Below are positions 1 through 1,565 of a stretch of DNA of 1,565 nucleotides, one piece after another. Below the pieces are notes generated by a model that had not been told where the DNA came from, made no database searches, and saw only the letters and a program-made list of their open reading frames with translations. The position numbers and the translations under genes are program-made. Every line of letters begins with the position of its first letter. Position 1 is the first letter of the stretch. The stretch lies in NCBI GenBank assembly GCA_000004985.1, contig GG739379.1, one strand, 5' to 3'. This DNA is from Naegleria gruberi. Its lineage: Eukaryota.

Positions 1-554
1 TTCCAAATATTCTTGATGAATTGGTTACTGGTCAGAAGTGATGTAGAGAAGTATAAATCCAACTCAGGAAGAGGAGCGAGCATTATTGTGATAATAGTTG
101 CAAAATAGAGGTAAATGTCAGACAAGGTGATTATCTTGCTGAGTGGTAAAGAAGTCACATCCTCGTGTTCATCAACACTTTCTTCAGGTAGAGAAGGTAT
201 GATAACTTGATCGTCTTCATCAAGTTGTTCATTGTCTTCCGAATTATTTTGAACATGTTTTCCATACCACTCTTTAATGTGATCACCTTGGTCATCAAAA
301 TCCGTTGTTGATGGCTTGTGTGGATGGTTACATAGATCAACTATTCCATCCATTAACTCATCAGTCAAGTACTGCTCCAAACATTTAAGAGGAGTCATTG
401 AATTCAAGTGATTGCCATGACCAACAGGGCCTTCCGATACCTGTTTGAATGTCATCTCCTTTTCAAAAAATTCATAATCACTCCATCCCAAACTGTGTAA
501 AAATTCACTGTGTTGGTTGATGTCCTCTAGAGTAATATTATGAGGTTTGTTCAT
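1..554 (-). CDS. 5' portion of a protein-coding gene running off the left edge. It is 184 codons with no stop. The N-terminus is MNKPHNITLEDINQHSEFLHSLGWSDYEFFEKEMTFKQVSEGPVGHGNHLNSMTPLKCLEQYLTDELMDGIVDLCNHPHKPSTTDFDDQGDHIKEWYGKHVQNNSEDNEQLDEDDQVIIPSLPEESVDEHEDVTSLPLSKIITLSDIYLYFATIITIMLAPLPELDLYFSTSLLTSNQFIKNIW... The predicted product is a membrane protein with an acidic N-terminal domain of unknown family.
   Basis: I translated the minus strand by hand. The ATG is the reverse complement of 552-554 (context ctagtaATGaac, G at -3). An in-frame upstream TAA sits at 630-632, so 554 is the first in-frame ATG. There are 184 sense codons with no stop down to position 3. That is very unlikely by chance in ~65% AT DNA, roughly 0.93^184. 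The supplied track omits it because its stop lies outside the window. Confidence 0.8.
   Translation of the reverse strand, partial: MNKPHNITLEDINQHSEFLHSLGWSDYEFFEKEMTFKQVSEGPVGHGNHLNSMTPLKCLEQYLTDELMDGIVDLCNHPHKPSTTDFDDQGDHIKEWYGKHVQNNSEDNEQLDEDDQVIIPSLPEESVDEHEDVTSLPLSKIITLSDIYLYFATIITIMLAPLPELDLYFSTSLLTSNQFIKNIW
72..134 (-). other. Segment of gene 1 encoding a hydrophobic stretch, KIITLSDIYLYFATIITIMLAPLP. It is a candidate transmembrane helix.
   Basis: Hand translation gives about 21 residues that are mostly hydrophobic, following a 135-residue acidic hydrophilic region. I ran no formal hydropathy calculation. Confidence 0.4.
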
Positions 555-622
555 TACTAGTTGGTGTGATGATGAAGAAAATATACCATCCAAAGTTGAT
601 GCTGACTTTGTAAAAAACGGTA

Positions 623-631
623 TTTTTTTTT
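623..631. repeat. T9 homopolymer, a poly(dA:dT) tract.
   Basis: ggtaTTTTTTTTTac, counted directly from the sequence. Confidence 0.7.
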
Positions 632-658
632 ACAAAAGTGAACCAACTATACCACCAT

Positions 659-668
659 CCATATAAGG
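659..668. promoter_or_regulatory. CArG box, CC(A/T)6GG. It is a candidate Mcm1/SRF-family MADS-box site that overlaps a TATA-like ATATAA core.
   Basis: CCATATAAGG matches the consensus exactly. It is about 105 bp upstream of the gene 1 ATG. This is a motif match only. Confidence 0.3.
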
Positions 669-759
669 ACACGATCATCAAAATGAAAAAAACAAACTTC
701 AACATCTTTATGAAAATGCAAACACATTGCCCCATTCCGATGATTGCACCCAATAATCA

Positions 760-769
760 AGTTTAAACA
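760..769. repeat. Copy 1 of a 10-bp palindromic-core repeat, AGTTTAAACA (core GTTTAAAC).
   Basis: Exact 10-mer. It recurs at 850-859. Confidence 0.55.
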
Positions 770-770
770 G

Positions 771-776
771 CACGTG
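771..776. promoter_or_regulatory. CACGTG E-box, a candidate bHLH site of the Cbf1/Pho4/Tye7 class.
   Basis: It is an exact palindromic hexamer inside a local GC-rich patch, agCACGTGgcgagcctg. This is a motif match only. Confidence 0.3.
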
Positions 777-804
777 GCGAGCCTGATATGTTAATGAGAC
801 ACTT

Positions 805-813
805 AAAAAAAAA
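805..813. repeat. A9 homopolymer, a poly(dA:dT) tract.
   Basis: acttAAAAAAAAAgag, counted directly from the sequence. Confidence 0.7.
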
Positions 814-849
814 GAGAATTTAGATTCTATTCCATCATATTTATTTGAT

Positions 850-859
850 AGTTTAAACA
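850..859. repeat. Copy 2 of the 10-bp palindromic-core repeat, AGTTTAAACA.
   Basis: Exact 10-mer, 90 bp downstream of copy 1. Confidence 0.55.
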
Positions 860-1038
860 TTATTTAATTCAGGCTGCACTATCATTTGTAAGAAGAAACC
901 CTGATTTACGGTTCTCCTTTATTGAGGCTCTGTATGATTATATTCTTCACTATGAGCACAAAGAGATAGTGGGCTCTAATTTTGAGGTTTCGAACAATAT
1001 TGCATCTCATTGATAAGATCTGGTTTGGCGTGTCCTGT

Positions 1039-1053
1039 TGACTCAGCCAATCA
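1039..1053. promoter_or_regulatory. Composite of a TGACTCA (Gcn4/AP-1 class bZIP site) and an adjacent GCCAATCA (CCAAT box, HAP/NF-Y class).
   Basis: TGACTCA is at 1039-1045 and CCAATCA at 1047-1053. They sit 32-46 bp upstream of ATG 1085. These are motif matches only. Confidence 0.3.
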
Positions 1054-1070
1054 AAAAAACAATTGAATTT

Positions 1071-1118
1071 ATGAGTTGGCTCAAATGTTGTTGGATATTA
1101 AAAAGTTGCAAACAATAG
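1071..1118 (+). other. Possible 15-codon upstream ORF (MSWLKCCWILKSCKQ*). It is out of frame with gene 2 and overlaps its ATG at 1085.
   Basis: ATG at 1071 in frame 0 and TAG at 1116-1118. It matters only if the transcript start lies upstream of 1071. Confidence 0.2.
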
Positions 1119-1565
1119 ACTTGGCTGTGCATTTTATTAACAACACAAATTGTAGAAAAAAAGTGGAAAAGGGAATTTGTGTTGCCTTTTGTGCATTGAA
1201 TGGTAAGAAATTGTCTTCATTAATCAATTTCTCTTACTGTATCAATTCAACACTGCAAAATCAATTGAACAATATTGAATTTATGTGTGAGAAAGCCTTA
1301 ACACCAACTACTTATATTGAACATTGCAAACAGAATGGCTGGATAGATTCCAATTCATCTACAATCGATGGAGAGGAGTTATATTGTGATAATATGGTGC
1401 ATCATCCTGAAAGAGTTTTAAAAATTCTGGTTAGACCAATAGATTATGCACATGATGATGCAATGTTAGCTCTTAAAACTGAAAACTCTTCATATATTTC
1501 CTTAAGGTTCAGTTTCAAGTTTCTAACAGGAAAAGACAAACACAAAGATGATGGATACAAATCAA
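1085..1565 (+). CDS. 5' portion of a protein-coding gene running off the right edge. It is 160 codons with no stop. The N-terminus is MLLDIKKLQTIDLAVHFINNTNCRKKVEKGICVAFCALNGKKLSSLINFSYCINSTLQNQLNNIEFMCEKALTPTTYIEHCKQNGWIDSNSSTIDGEELYCDNMVHHPERVLKILVRPIDYAHDDAMLALKTENSSYISLRFSFKFLTGKDKHKDDGYKS... It is a hypothetical protein. The exact start codon is uncertain.
   Basis: I translated frame 2 by hand. An in-frame TGA lies at 1064-1066, the first ATG is at 1085-1087, and the frame is open through 1564. In-frame Met codons also occur at 1283 and 1394 as alternative starts. Arg codons are AGA x3 and AGG x1, which fits yeast-like usage. Confidence 0.7.
   Translation, partial: MLLDIKKLQTIDLAVHFINNTNCRKKVEKGICVAFCALNGKKLSSLINFSYCINSTLQNQLNNIEFMCEKALTPTTYIEHCKQNGWIDSNSSTIDGEELYCDNMVHHPERVLKILVRPIDYAHDDAMLALKTENSSYISLRFSFKFLTGKDKHKDDGYKS

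Larger units (their letters stand above)
555..1084. promoter_or_regulatory. Roughly 530-bp intergenic region between divergently transcribed genes. It is a putative bidirectional promoter and nucleosome-depleted region.
   Basis: It lies between two ORF starts pointing away from each other. Every frame contains stop codons. It has homopolymer dA:dT tracts and several short TF-like motifs. Confidence 0.6.

Noticed and set aside
155-340. Supplied 61-aa ORF on the minus strand
   Set aside because: It starts with TTG, since the reverse complement of 338-340 is TTG. It lies entirely inside the 184-codon gene 1 frame on the same strand in a different frame. The product has an AT-rich-artefact composition.
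565-606. C-box-like TGATGA and a downstream CTGA (D-box-like), suggesting a C/D snoRNA
   Set aside because: The motifs are only about 35 nt apart with no terminal stem. They lie in the gene 1 leader on the sense strand and are more likely chance in AT-rich DNA.
538-753. Supplied 71-aa ORF on the minus strand
   Set aside because: It starts with TTG and overlaps the gene 1 start out of frame. Its hydrophobic FFIL/WY composition comes from reading through the T9 tract and AT-rich promoter DNA. At most it is an incidental uORF.
840-870. ARS consensus-like AT-rich stretch (ATTTATTTGAT / TAAACATTATTTAATT)
   Set aside because: The best alignments to WTTTAYRTTTW have two or more mismatches, so there is no convincing ACS.
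964-995. tRNA-like A-box (AGTGGG at 968-973) and B-box-like GGTTTCGAAC (986-995)
   Set aside because: The spacing is about 14 nt against the 30-45 nt needed between A and B boxes. The B-box has an extra T and lacks the TCC end. No cloverleaf can be drawn.
846-1017. Three WGATAR motifs on the plus strand (846-851, 964-969, 1011-1016), possible GATA-factor sites
   Set aside because: The expected chance count in 530 bp of AT-rich DNA is about 2, so this is not enriched enough to call.
1052-1066. AAACAATTGA, resembling the giant-virus early promoter motif AAAATTGA just upstream of an ATG
   Set aside because: It has one mismatch. GC of about 35% and a 530-bp intergenic region are atypical for Mimiviridae, so a chance match is more likely.
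1-1565. CRISPR arrays, IS or transposon ends, rRNA genes, rho-independent terminators
   Set aside because: There are no direct-repeat arrays, no terminal inverted repeats, and no rRNA-like conserved blocks. Both genes diverge from the centre, so no 3' ends or terminators are expected here.

Overview
This is an AT-rich window (about 35% GC) that looks eukaryotic, most like an ascomycete yeast nuclear locus, not prokaryotic. It holds two long open reading frames cut by the window edges and oriented divergently. Gene 1 is on the minus strand, with its ATG at 554-552, and stays open for 184 codons to the left edge. Gene 2 is on the plus strand, with its first in-frame ATG at 1085, and stays open for 160 codons to the right edge. 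They share a roughly 530-bp intergenic region (555-1084) that looks like a bidirectional promoter. The supplied ORF track misses both genes, apparently because it lists only ORFs with both ends inside the window. The two ORFs it does list both begin with TTG, and each overlaps gene 1 on the same strand in a different frame (one also runs into the poly-T upstream region), so I regard them as spurious. Gene 1 encodes an Arg-free, strongly acidic N-terminal domain followed by a hydrophobic, membrane-spanning-like segment. Gene 2 encodes an Asn/Cys/His-containing protein I cannot assign to a family. The intergenic region has poly(dA:dT) tracts (T9, A9, A7, A7) and several candidate transcription-factor motifs: a perfect CArG box (CCATATAAGG), a CACGTG E-box, a twice-occurring palindromic 10-mer (AGTTTAAACA) and a TGACTCA-GCCAATCA composite. 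There are no CRISPR arrays, rRNA or tRNA genes, or mobile-element hallmarks. I see no evidence of a prokaryote-style novel system. The main result is the corrected gene model plus a few regulatory and start-site puzzles.
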